A DNA stretch of 53,633 bases from a virus. Lineage: Duplodnaviria > Caudoviricetes. Below are positions 35,601-43,738 of this stretch, one piece after another. Where the stretch lies: positions 1-53,633 of the IMG/VR virus record IMGVR_UViG_3300034039_000013. One strand, written 5' to 3'. A program made the position numbers and the translations under genes. Position 1 is the stretch's first letter. Each line of letters begins with the position of its first letter. The notes under the pieces were generated by a model. The model saw only the letters and a program-made list of their open reading frames with translations. It was not told where the DNA came from and made no database searches.

Positions 35601-37611
35601 CGACACCTGTTACTTGGATACCAAGCTCGGCCAGTCGCTTACGGATCTTATCTGTCGGATTTGACAGGTTAGCTATACCACGACGGAGTGCTGTACCAGC
35701 ACGAGAGGCTTTAACACCTCGGTTAGCGAACACCCCTATCAAAGCAGACACGTCTTCGATAGAAGTGGCTGTCTCAGCCGCGGCTGGGCCTACATAAGAA
35801 ATAGCCTGAGCCAACTGGCTCATCGAGGTGTTGGAGTTGGTAACAACGACAGCCAGCTTATCAACAACACTCGAAATCCCTTCGGCAGTTATACCAAAAG
35901 CGGCCATAATGTTCGTAACTTGGTCAGCCGCCTCGGCCACCCCAATCATACCAATTTGGGCTAGCTTCAAGGTTGGATCCAAAGCTTGCAAGGCTTCGTT
36001 AGTATTGAAGCCCGCCATACCCAAGAACACTAACCCTTCCGCTGCTTCTTTAGCGGTAAAAATAGTAGTCTTGGCCAGACGTTTAACTTCTTGATCAAGC
36101 AAAGCAGCTTGAGATGCAGTTGCATTCATAACCGCTTTGGCTCTGTCCATAGATAGCTCAAACTCAGATCCAGTAGAAACTATGTTCCTAAACGCACGTA
36201 CCACACCATAAATAGCGGTCGCAGCTAAGATTGTGCTTCCGGTAAAAATACCGAACCCAAGGCCAAGCGCGTTAAGCGCTGCACGGAATTCCGCGGCAAA
36301 CAAAGCGGCACGCCTGTTGGCTTCTACCCAAAGCTCTGTAGATTGAACAGACTTGTGAACAGTACTATTCATCTTTCTGTGGGTGGCCAACTCAGCTTCC
36401 AAGGCTCGAATCTTCTTAGCTACCGCCTGAGCCTCTGCATCTTTTTGTAGAGCAGACTGAGCCTCCAATTTGGCCAACTTCTGCAACTGCTGCTCCTTCA
36501 GCTTCATGAACTCAAGTTCCCTAAGCTTAGATGCGGACAAGCCAGCACTTGCTGCTCGCTCTTTAGCTACAGCTAATTGTGCTTCAAGCTGGATCTCTTT
36601 CTCTTTAAGTTGTGCCGACAACCTGGCGATTTCCAGCTTCTTACGTTCAGCCAGAGTCGCTTTATCGGTAGTCCTTATCTGAAGCTTGGCGGTTTCTTGC
36701 AGAGTTTTAGCCTGCTCGGCAGCCCTAATCTGCTTACGAATTAAAGATTCAGTACCCTTGGCTAAATCTTCCTGTATAAACTTAAGCTGCCCGCTAGCTT
36801 TGGCCAAATCTTTGTATGCGTTAAGAGATTGGTTAGCTACTTCAAGCTCTCTCAAGCGGGCTTGGGCTAGCCTGCTAGATGAAGCGGCTAACTGCCCCTG
36901 AACTTTCTGAAGCTTACTTACCTGACGCTCTAACTCTTTAGCTTTTTCTACATCGACGGCTAGCTTACTCTCCTGCTGTCTAGCCTGACGGACGCCTTTA
37001 GACTTAGACAGGTCCTTCTCTAGCTTCTCTATCTCTCTAAGCGCACTAACCCTGCGTAAGTCTGCTTGAGTCTGACGCAAAGTCAGTACAGCATCAGCTT
37101 CTTTACGCGCGTTAAGCTCACCGAGGATGGCAGCACGCTCTGCTACCAACTTCTTGAGAATTCTAGCAGTCTCAATCTGCTGTATATCGGCGGCAATTTG
37201 TTTCTTATCTTCGGCGTATACTTGACGTACAGCACTAGCCAACGCCGCCTGCTGCTCTATACGCTTGCGTACTACCTCATTAAGGTCTTGCTCTACAGAA
37301 GCCTGCTTCTTCTGTTGTTCCTGAAGTTTCTTAGCAGTCTCGGAAAGTTTAAGAAGGGTGGAAATCTCTTGCTGCTGTTTGGCCAGTACGTTTTTAATTA
37401 CCTCGGTCTGGCGCTCAAGAACCTTGGTAAAGTCTAAGGCAGCTCCAGTTCTTTTCTGAGCGTCAGCAATAGCCCCAGGAGAGCCCCTGAAAGCTTCATC
37501 AAGAACGGCTTTTGTTTTTACCGCCTCAGTACCTACGTCTTTAAGGCTGGCTTTTACTTCATTTAGGCTCTTAATAGCCCCAGAAGTATCAATGGTTAAT
37601 CTTATAGCCAT
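32671..37611 (-). CDS. Tape measure protein
   Basis: 1646 aa, Ala/Leu/Glu helical; TP901-type core (FELSMDRAKAV...TAKEAAEGL.FLGMAGF...ASRAGTALR). Confidence 0.93.
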   Translation of the reverse strand: MAIRLTIDTSGAIKSLNEVKASLKDVGTEAVKTKAVLDEAFRGSPGAIADAQKRTGAALDFTKVLERQTEVIKNVLAKQQQEISTLLKLSETAKKLQEQQKKQASVEQDLNEVVRKRIEQQAALASAVRQVYAEDKKQIAADIQQIETARILKKLVAERAAILGELNARKEADAVLTLRQTQADLRRVSALREIEKLEKDLSKSKGVRQARQQESKLAVDVEKAKELERQVSKLQKVQGQLAASSSRLAQARLRELEVANQSLNAYKDLAKASGQLKFIQEDLAKGTESLIRKQIRAAEQAKTLQETAKLQIRTTDKATLAERKKLEIARLSAQLKEKEIQLEAQLAVAKERAASAGLSASKLRELEFMKLKEQQLQKLAKLEAQSALQKDAEAQAVAKKIRALEAELATHRKMNSTVHKSVQSTELWVEANRRAALFAAEFRAALNALGLGFGIFTGSTILAATAIYGVVRAFRNIVSTGSEFELSMDRAKAVMNATASQAALLDQEVKRLAKTTIFTAKEAAEGLVFLGMAGFNTNEALQALDPTLKLAQIGMIGVAEAADQVTNIMAAFGITAEGISSVVDKLAVVVTNSNTSMSQLAQAISYVGPAAAETATSIEDVSALIGVFANRGVKASRAGTALRRGIANLSNPTDKIRKRLAELGIQVTGVDGRMRSLKDIVIELSEAGATVSDIFTIFGARAGPTFAGAILSGRQELEELLSLMHNSSGAAQDLQDKLQDNVWSKFKLLVSAVTDVALKLYEAMKDDLSVILDTVTRGVQALANNIGILTGAFKLLLAVGVYKLGAGLLSLAIGSKNLKANLVALVASTKVGESAMRALGVSAAVSAEGVTKAAASSTLLARGLTAVKAVARTFLPAAIILSIYEFATSLSEAEKKAKRFKSTIQDVLPVIDKLSETAGVSAPSSLESLQKLFDAPLPSVEKLLEESETPAEKINKLREKIERLRAITRGRLESLQKAQLPFARGAERDELLKESQALRDRLATLNEAIAELDEFTAKVGDRLLNMTTSQIERERRIRKEQERLKAERKQTLESIRANNAEFQKELSEFRSFVDEGGVDFISRVKTSVKNQTKEFNEALKLITSGSKLALQVGKEGAIQTLNAIKESIASLRAERDKVRGFLLSEISKNSKLSDEAVKAAEAAFARGATPSEILQEATKAAEGGFANIKEFKAHILDRINEAFDLRPLDFKNFDEFASYLKDLTKSVEDLDEQQAILNRKLTEALREVATNELVDNLNMLLKAQTENVKTIVDQIKKEASATRKVLTIEFKSGSRSLGSLLAESARVEQESSDKIIAAYDATRTQIENNISLLKRKLEVERGNSEASSQLASALKAQEKALIDLNGELDRLLQRQKALSENTKLAVLNSLTSEYRQEAERLRDQINALGGYEVKLADLNAKLDEARRVLEQAAKAGASKELIKALKAYVSSIENAKDAFVRLREEQLRWQKLDTVQQANKAAKEMGQAFTEFFINPTIEGLQQLEQTFVRVIQRILAERLVDKLFRSKDSGGYGLSDLLTNLFANGGLGNGSGSSGKSSPTSGKITGVPGSSKPHGSPMLPPVIVNPVVTPVATGSGTTIVNNFTITVGDVADKEFVRREISRSINQSVAKVATEQNRYKKPIGVR

Positions 37612-37619
37612 TCGTCAAC

Positions 37620-37958
37620 CTATTTAGTTATACTTTCCTCGAAAATGAGGATGCCCCTCAAAATAGTAGTACGCTCAGAACCAGTATCCATCACAACGTC
37701 AAAATAATAAGTGCCAACCCTGTCAGCGTCCTGCGTAGTGATTGGAAACGATACTTTACCGTTTACAGCGTCAGTAATTGTGCCTGTTGACTGAAACACA
37801 TACGAAGCGGTAGAAGGCGCAGGGTCGGAAGCTACAGACATAGTGAAAGTATTGCCAGTGATATTTAAGGGCTGGCCGGTTTCTTTATCCTTCACAACAA
37901 CTTTGAAAGGGTATGTATCTTTCCTGTATCGCCTAACCTCTACTTGGTTAACGCTCAT
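37620..37958 (-). CDS. Virion structural protein, BppU-N-like beta sandwich
   Basis: KDTYPF...PLNITG...GKVSF...GTYYFDV...TILRG. Confidence 0.6.
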   Translation of the reverse strand: MSVNQVEVRRYRKDTYPFKVVVKDKETGQPLNITGNTFTMSVASDPAPSTASYVFQSTGTITDAVNGKVSFPITTQDADRVGTYYFDVVMDTGSERTTILRGILIFEESITK

Positions 37959-38208
37959 ACGCGACCTCTGCTTTTGGCTCTAAATACGCTACACGCTCTC
38001 CAGAGTCCACTTCTGCGTAACACTCTACAGGACTAACAAAAGTGGAAACCTCTTTAAATTCTACAACAGCAGCTATGTCATAGCCAGCTAAAGATACATC
38101 AAATCCTTTAATTTCATTAACATAAACAAGACTCTGGGCTAACTCCCAAGCATCGCCCGAATCTACTCTACTTGCTTGTTGTAGGAGATCCCAAGCTGTC
38201 TGACTCAT
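37948..38208 (-). CDS. Hypothetical structural protein
   Basis: 86 aa, coupled at both ends, internal AWD/AWE repeat. Confidence 0.6.
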   Translation of the reverse strand: MSQTAWDLLQQASRVDSGDAWELAQSLVYVNEIKGFDVSLAGYDIAAVVEFKEVSTFVSPVECYAEVDSGERVAYLEPKAEVAYER

Positions 38209-38657
38209 GGCCTAGTATAGCTCCAAACTTTGTCTGCTATGTCTAGTTTATCTTGCTCAGTGACCGTAGCGTTAACAGATCCTTGTGTTATCAAACCTGC
38301 CGAGTTTGCAGAACGAACCGACACACTATTAACAACAGAGACATCGGCTATATTGTTATTAGACCCTTGCAACACTACAGCGTACTGTCCATCCTCAAAT
38401 TCTACCTGATAGCCATTTATTACTGAAATAACTTTAGCCAAAGACGTACCAGAAATAGTCACTTCTGGGTTGTGCTGGATAATGTCGGGAAAAGATACTC
38501 CATCTTCAGAAGCTTGCGCTGCCTGAACCTCGGATTTAAATTTTAGCGTATCGTAAGAATAGACCTCCCTGCCCGTAGCAGGATCTACCCCAGACAAGGT
38601 TAGATCCGACTTTGGTATGTGAACTATCTTCGCCACCCAATCTACGGTTAAGGGCAT
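38205..38657 (-). CDS. Structural protein (possible filament anchor)
   Basis: 150 aa; weak similarity to the N-terminus of 41100-42767. Confidence 0.55.
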   Translation of the reverse strand: MPLTVDWVAKIVHIPKSDLTLSGVDPATGREVYSYDTLKFKSEVQAAQASEDGVSFPDIIQHNPEVTISGTSLAKVISVINGYQVEFEDGQYAVVLQGSNNNIADVSVVNSVSVRSANSAGLITQGSVNATVTEQDKLDIADKVWSYTRP

Positions 38658-38953
38658 TATTCATCCTCTACAGTAGATCCCGAACTTGATCTAGCACTAA
38701 GAAACGCTATGACACTATGAAGCTTTTGATTTTCTGCATAGAGAACAGCACGCTGCTTTCTCTCAAACTCTAAATCAGAAAGCAATGCGTTATATAACTC
38801 TGAAATCCGTTTCAACTCGTTTTGAGTCAAATCTAAGCGCTTCCAAATAGAGTCAAATCCCTTCTTCAAAACCCCAAGGGTATACAACATCTCCTGCTCT
38901 GTGGCACGAGGACTTTTCTTTATCATTTCTTCTAATTCTTGAAACTCTTTCAT
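38657..38953 (-). CDS. Hypothetical coiled-coil protein
   Basis: 98 aa, translationally coupled. Confidence 0.6.
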   Translation of the reverse strand: MKEFQELEEMIKKSPRATEQEMLYTLGVLKKGFDSIWKRLDLTQNELKRISELYNALLSDLEFERKQRAVLYAENQKLHSVIAFLSARSSSGSTVEDE

Positions 38954-40578
38954 TGGTCTATCACCATAAGAATGGTTAAGTTAAGTCCGCCAGAGTTAAT
39001 GGTAGCAGAAAATTCAGACGGTTTATAGAAAGGAGGGTTAGACGCCTTTCTTACTCGTCCAATGACTGGCTGATCTGATATAAGGTTGTATGAAAAAGAT
39101 ATTTCGCCATTGACATCAGTCAAGTTATTGAATAACTGAGTTCCTGGAGGCTCTACCCCTCCAGAATCTGCCTCTATATAGACTCTAGCACCTTGAATAG
39201 GGGTCTTAGTTCCTATATCTAAGACTTTTACGGTAACAGTAACCGCGTTATTTACTGTAGTACTGGCTCCTACACCATTAGTCACTGTAGGAGTGTCTCC
39301 AGAACCCGTGATATTCAGTGTGACAGAACCTCCAGAATCGTTGAAAATAGCAGAAGTGTTACTTCCGTCTGATCCATAACCAAGAAAAGATACACCATCC
39401 AAAGTGTAAACGCCTGGAGAAGTGATCTTGATAGCATGTGTATCAGCGCTCTCCTGAACGAACTCCACATTAGCCAACTTAGAAAAATCTGGATCTACAA
39501 GAGTAGCAGAATCATCGGGGTTAGAGATGGTTACGATCTCTGCCCCGCTCAGATTTGCTCCGTTTTGTATTATCTTCTTAGCGCGTATGCTAGATAAACT
39601 CAGGTCGCATACAGAGGTTAAGACGACTTCTCTAAAGTTGTCTATAACTCCGTCGAAAGTAAGGGTTCCCGTAGTACCTTGTACTACAAAATCGGCTCTC
39701 GTATCACTGCCAGAAGTTACAGTTCCTAAAGATTTAAGGGTTGCACTAAAATTAGATACCGTAGTTGGGCCGCTCAAATCAAACAGAAGTTTAGACCAAC
39801 CATCGGCAAAGTAACCGTCATAAAAAAGTACCGTCTCGTCAACGGATTCAAACACAGTAGGTGTAGAGCCGTCACCTATTTTTATGGTACCAAAAGCTCG
39901 GTATAGACCGCTAGCCAGTTTAGTAAAGAAGCCATACCTGTTGGCTTTATTCCCCTCATCAAAATTAAAAAAGTCTTGAAAAGTTGCAACAGGGCCTGCT
40001 CCATCCCCTCCTACCAAATACAACCCCTCTCCTACATCAAGAGCGTCCAAGCCGACGTTTTCAGACTTAGCTGTAGACTGAGTAAACGCAGCTACCATGC
40101 CAAAGTAGTTTACAGAGGTTGCATTTAAACTTCCGCTCTCGTAGTTCCAAGTCAGGTTAGGATCGATGGGTATAATTAAAAACCCGCCTCGTTCAGGGTA
40201 AGCAGAATATGACGCCTTCTTAGCTAGAGATCCAGCGATCACAAATTCTTTATAGGCGCTAGATGAGCTACCTATTCTAATTCTTACTCCGTTAGTGCTT
40301 CTTAGACCACCAAAGTCTGTAACAGCGCACTTAACCATAAGGGTGTTATACGGAGGGGTTGACATATCTACTGGAGATCCGCCATCTAAAGTTGGAGTGT
40401 AGTAGAACCCTGCTCCTGTAGAAGAAGAGACTTTACGGTTGAAGAGGTTTGTGCCTTGATAGGCAAAAGAAGGCTCAGCGGAGCCGCCTTGACCGCCTCC
40501 GATAGACGACCACCCTGTTACGCTCTCACCATCTTCAACTCTGAAGACATTTAGCGTGAATACAGTAGGGGAGGCCAT
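38950..40578 (-). CDS. Virion structural protein (lectin-like N-term, beta-helix-like middle, Ig-like C-term)
   Basis: 542 aa Gly/Ser/Thr-rich; C-terminus similar to that of 41100-42767. Confidence 0.6.
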   Translation of the reverse strand: MASPTVFTLNVFRVEDGESVTGWSSIGGGQGGSAEPSFAYQGTNLFNRKVSSSTGAGFYYTPTLDGGSPVDMSTPPYNTLMVKCAVTDFGGLRSTNGVRIRIGSSSSAYKEFVIAGSLAKKASYSAYPERGGFLIIPIDPNLTWNYESGSLNATSVNYFGMVAAFTQSTAKSENVGLDALDVGEGLYLVGGDGAGPVATFQDFFNFDEGNKANRYGFFTKLASGLYRAFGTIKIGDGSTPTVFESVDETVLFYDGYFADGWSKLLFDLSGPTTVSNFSATLKSLGTVTSGSDTRADFVVQGTTGTLTFDGVIDNFREVVLTSVCDLSLSSIRAKKIIQNGANLSGAEIVTISNPDDSATLVDPDFSKLANVEFVQESADTHAIKITSPGVYTLDGVSFLGYGSDGSNTSAIFNDSGGSVTLNITGSGDTPTVTNGVGASTTVNNAVTVTVKVLDIGTKTPIQGARVYIEADSGGVEPPGTQLFNNLTDVNGEISFSYNLISDQPVIGRVRKASNPPFYKPSEFSATINSGGLNLTILMVIDQ

Positions 40579-40591
40579 CCCTGCCCCCTAA

Positions 40592-41089
40592 TCAGTAAAT
40601 TCTATAACTACAAGAAACTGGAATTGACTGGAAAGCTCCTGCTGTACCAAAACCGTTTTCTATTACAGCAATAACTACTCTGAAGTTGTCAGGAGTCTTT
40701 CCACCTTTGCGGCTCTCCCTAACAGCTACTTCTTGTCCATTCCAAATATCCACAATAACCCCAGGATCCAAAATAACCAAGTTCTCCTCCATAACCAGAC
40801 GGTGGGTAGCCCCTTGAATGGGAGATAAATAGGGCTCGAATTGGTTATGAAAGACGTAGGATTGATCGCTGCTGTCTACAGTCTCGACCCAAGAGGTCAG
40901 CATAAAACTTGTACCACCTTGTAAAGGATCAGGGTTGGCGGTTCCATACCTAACAATAACCTCTAAAGAGTTACGGTTCTGGTTCGCAATAATGGGTGAT
41001 TCGTACAAACGGAAAATACCATTTCCGTTTACACCTTCACCTGAGGATGTATCCAATACAACATTGTTTAAAAGATTTGTTAACGCCAT
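40592..41089 (-). CDS. Hypothetical beta-rich structural protein
   Basis: 165 aa, GGAGG RBS. Confidence 0.6.
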   Translation of the reverse strand: MALTNLLNNVVLDTSSGEGVNGNGIFRLYESPIIANQNRNSLEVIVRYGTANPDPLQGGTSFMLTSWVETVDSSDQSYVFHNQFEPYLSPIQGATHRLVMEENLVILDPGVIVDIWNGQEVAVRESRKGGKTPDNFRVVIAVIENGFGTAGAFQSIPVSCSYRIY

Positions 41090-41099
41090 ATATCCTCCA

Positions 41100-42767
41100 T
41101 TACAGGTCAGAAGTACGAATAACCGTGGTAGAGCCTCCAGAGGAACCTAGTGTACCAGTAGTCTGGAAGGTCTTAATAGGCGTAGCCCCACCATCACGAA
41201 CCCTGATAAACAAGGTTCTTGGGCTGTTATAAACAACGGTAAACGACTCAGAAGTTGATGTAGCAAGCTTATCAATATAAGAGATAAACACGTTTGCACC
41301 TGCACTAGCCGCAGGAGTGTTTGAACACCCTGTGAAGGTAGAACCGTTGTATCCAGTATAAGTTACACGGACATAAGTAGTCCCGTCAAAGACTCGGATA
41401 GTTCCGCTAGTCGGTGTGTCAGTCGGGATGACCTCATTAACCGTGATAGATGTCTCACCTCCTGACAGGGTAGAGGTCAAAGTCAACTGTCCAAAATCGA
41501 TATCCCCTGCATTTTCATTCGTAACAAGAACTCTGTCCTCACCTGGTACCAAGTTGTTCACCGTAAATGTAACATTGTTAGGAGGAACAACAAGGTTGTT
41601 ATCCAAGTCGAACAACTGGTCAGACGCAGTTAGGTCTGCCGGATCGATACCCACACCATAAGCACCAATAATGGCTGAACCGGTAGAAGTACCAAGCGCC
41701 ACAGGAGCAACTGTCCGAGTAATTGGACTACCGTTTACAAGTGCAGTGGCACCAGAGGTTCCGCCTGTAATTGTGTCGTTATCAGAAGGGGCTACCCCAG
41801 TCAACAACTGTACATACAGCTTTCCAGTAGTGCCGCCGTCAACGCCGGCCTCTGTATCAGCTAGAACTGCGGCTGTAGCTCCATTGCCAAAGGTGACAAT
41901 TTCATTCTGAGCAAAAACTTGTCCTGCGCCTTGCGTGTCATAGGGTATTTCATGGGTAACGCCGCGGAACAATTCTCCATTCATACCAAAAATGGTAGTA
42001 GCAGATCCTCGGCGCTGAATCCACTTAACCCGCTCATACAGGTCATTGATAGATCTAGTTCCTTTAGACCACTTAACGTAGTAGAACTCGTCAGATCCGT
42101 CACCGTTTACATCTAACCCTTGATATCCTTCAGTAAATGTAATATCAGACCAGGATGCGATAGTAGCCTCGCTTGTCTGGTTGTTCAAGTCTACCGAAGT
42201 GAACACAGCCGCGGTAGAGTTACCCAAACCGGCGGTGAGAGAGAACTCAGCGTAAGAACTTCCAAGCTCACGAGCCTGTACACGCAGACGCTTACCGTCG
42301 ATATCAGCACCGCCAGTACGAGTCTTAACCAAAATCCGCAATAGAATATTGTTAGCTGGGTCTGCGTTAAGCCCTGTACCCCAGAAATTTGTAATGATTG
42401 TGTTGTTCTGAATGATTTGAAGCTGCGTTCCTGGCGTGGTCGAACCTACCACAACCAGACCAGAGTAAACAGTATCACCGTTATCCTGAGTAATAGAGCC
42501 GTCATACAGGTGCTCTGCGGCTGTATCATCAATACGGAAAGGAGGGAGTAACGTGATAATGTTATCAGTCGAACGCTCAGAAGGGGTCGATTTTACAATG
42601 TCAACCAAATCATCACCGGTAGCTGACTCGTCGTCAGCCAAATCTTGCAACCATCGGTGAAGCTCTAATACAGTGGCATATGAAGGACTAGCACCACCAT
42701 GTGGGTCTCCCACATATGTGATCAATCCGGTAGCATCAATTGACCAATCTGAAGGGACTAGGGCCAT
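41100..42767 (-). CDS. Large virion structural protein (possible filament subunit)
   Basis: 555 aa Thr/Gly-rich, GAGG RBS, first gene after a 93-nt gap. Confidence 0.65.
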   Translation of the reverse strand: MALVPSDWSIDATGLITYVGDPHGGASPSYATVLELHRWLQDLADDESATGDDLVDIVKSTPSERSTDNIITLLPPFRIDDTAAEHLYDGSITQDNGDTVYSGLVVVGSTTPGTQLQIIQNNTIITNFWGTGLNADPANNILLRILVKTRTGGADIDGKRLRVQARELGSSYAEFSLTAGLGNSTAAVFTSVDLNNQTSEATIASWSDITFTEGYQGLDVNGDGSDEFYYVKWSKGTRSINDLYERVKWIQRRGSATTIFGMNGELFRGVTHEIPYDTQGAGQVFAQNEIVTFGNGATAAVLADTEAGVDGGTTGKLYVQLLTGVAPSDNDTITGGTSGATALVNGSPITRTVAPVALGTSTGSAIIGAYGVGIDPADLTASDQLFDLDNNLVVPPNNVTFTVNNLVPGEDRVLVTNENAGDIDFGQLTLTSTLSGGETSITVNEVIPTDTPTSGTIRVFDGTTYVRVTYTGYNGSTFTGCSNTPAASAGANVFISYIDKLATSTSESFTVVYNSPRTLFIRVRDGGATPIKTFQTTGTLGSSGGSTTVIRTSDL

Positions 42768-42860
42768 TTTGTACCTCTCAGAGTCTAAGATTTACGTCTA
42801 AACAATGGTTATGATAAACCAATAATGAAAAACCAACAACAGGTTTACCCTAGAATATCA

Positions 42861-43211
42861 TCATCTCTTTTCTTTAACAGCTTTTTGTCGCTGCTTTGAC
42901 CACCAATCGGCATAAACAAGGTCAAGCGCTTTGACCTTTTCAAACAAGTCTACCCTGTAGTCTCCTTCGATGTAATACATCTCGCAGTAATCTAGCACAT
43001 CTCTGAGGTCTATAAGGTATAAAGTATCTCCTACAGGTTTGCAGCTTCTAAGCGTCTGGTACGCCTCCATGTACCAGACTGCTTGAGGTAACAACTGAGG
43101 GGCGTCGTCAAGCATAGGAACAGACTTCCCTGCCTGTTCTTTCAGCTTGAGCAGCTTATCCAGTTTATCTCCCAGGTTAAGCTGCCACTGTAGGACTTCA
43201 GTTAGTTTTTT
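42861..43211 (-). CDS. Tail assembly chaperone T segment (C-terminal part of GT, -1 frame)
   Basis: -1 frame open from the slippery site through LTEVLQWQLNLG... into ORF 42861..43115. Confidence 0.8.
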   Translation of the reverse strand, partial: KKLTEVLQWQLNLGDKLDKLLKLKEQAGKSVPMLDDAPQLLPQAVWYMEAYQTLRSCKPVGDTLYLIDLRDVLDYCEMYYIEGDYRVDLFEKVKALDLVYADWWSKQRQKAVKEKR

Positions 43212-43624
43212 AAGACTTCCTCATCTGAGGCTTCTTTAAACAAACTGAAGTCCTGACTGAGGTCTACAACGAGTTTTTTGAAGTCTGGCCACTCCAACAG
43301 CTTTTGTGCAACCTCTGGGCTGTACTCCAGCACTTCATCGTCCATATAAATATCTTCCCAACCAAGAAGAATCGTATGGGCGATGACTTCATTCTCTAGC
43401 TGCTCAAACAACTCTAGCGCTTTATCATCGTTACGAGATAAAGCACGCTCATGACGCTTCAACAACGAGCGTAGATATGATTTGTAACGAGGGTTCCCAT
43501 CGCGGGCAATCAACAGCTTAAGGGTTTGACCATCAATGTTAGTCTCAACCCAAGTACCCTCTACTTCCTTTTTACGATCAGTGACAAAGCTTTTCTTAAA
43601 GTCAAAACCTTTTTTATCCGCCAT
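43202..43624 (-). CDS. Tail assembly chaperone G
   Basis: Follows the major tail gene; LLGWE motif; ends TTA AAA AAC TAA. Confidence 0.85.
   Translation of the reverse strand: MADKKGFDFKKSFVTDRKKEVEGTWVETNIDGQTLKLLIARDGNPRYKSYLRSLLKRHERALSRNDDKALELFEQLENEVIAHTILLGWEDIYMDDEVLEYSPEVAQKLLEWPDFKKLVVDLSQDFSLFKEASDEEVLKN
43205..43211 (-). promoter_or_regulatory. -1 programmed ribosomal frameshift slippery site A AAA AAC
   Basis: X XXY YYZ heptamer just before the G stop, in the correct phase. Confidence 0.85.
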
Positions 43625-43629
43625 AACTA

Positions 43630-43726
43630 GCTCCGTTAAGTTAACCTAATTTAAATGCGCTCCGTTTTAAGGAAAGGCTGGAGTCACGACGGAGCAAGCG
43701 TGAACGGCGTTAGCCTCTCCAGCCTT
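43630..43726 (-). ncRNA. Candidate cis-regulatory RNA (three-way junction + pseudoknot)
   Basis: P1 AAGGCTGGAG/CTCCAGCCTT, P2 GGC/GCC, P3 TCACG/CGTGA, loop GCTCCGT complementary to two downstream ACGGAGC. Confidence 0.55.
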
Positions 43727-43738
43727 AATCTATACCAC

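Noticed and set aside
42768-42860. Promoter in the gap before the accessory structural module
   Set aside because: AT-rich with small hairpins but no convincing -35/-10 match; cannot be supported
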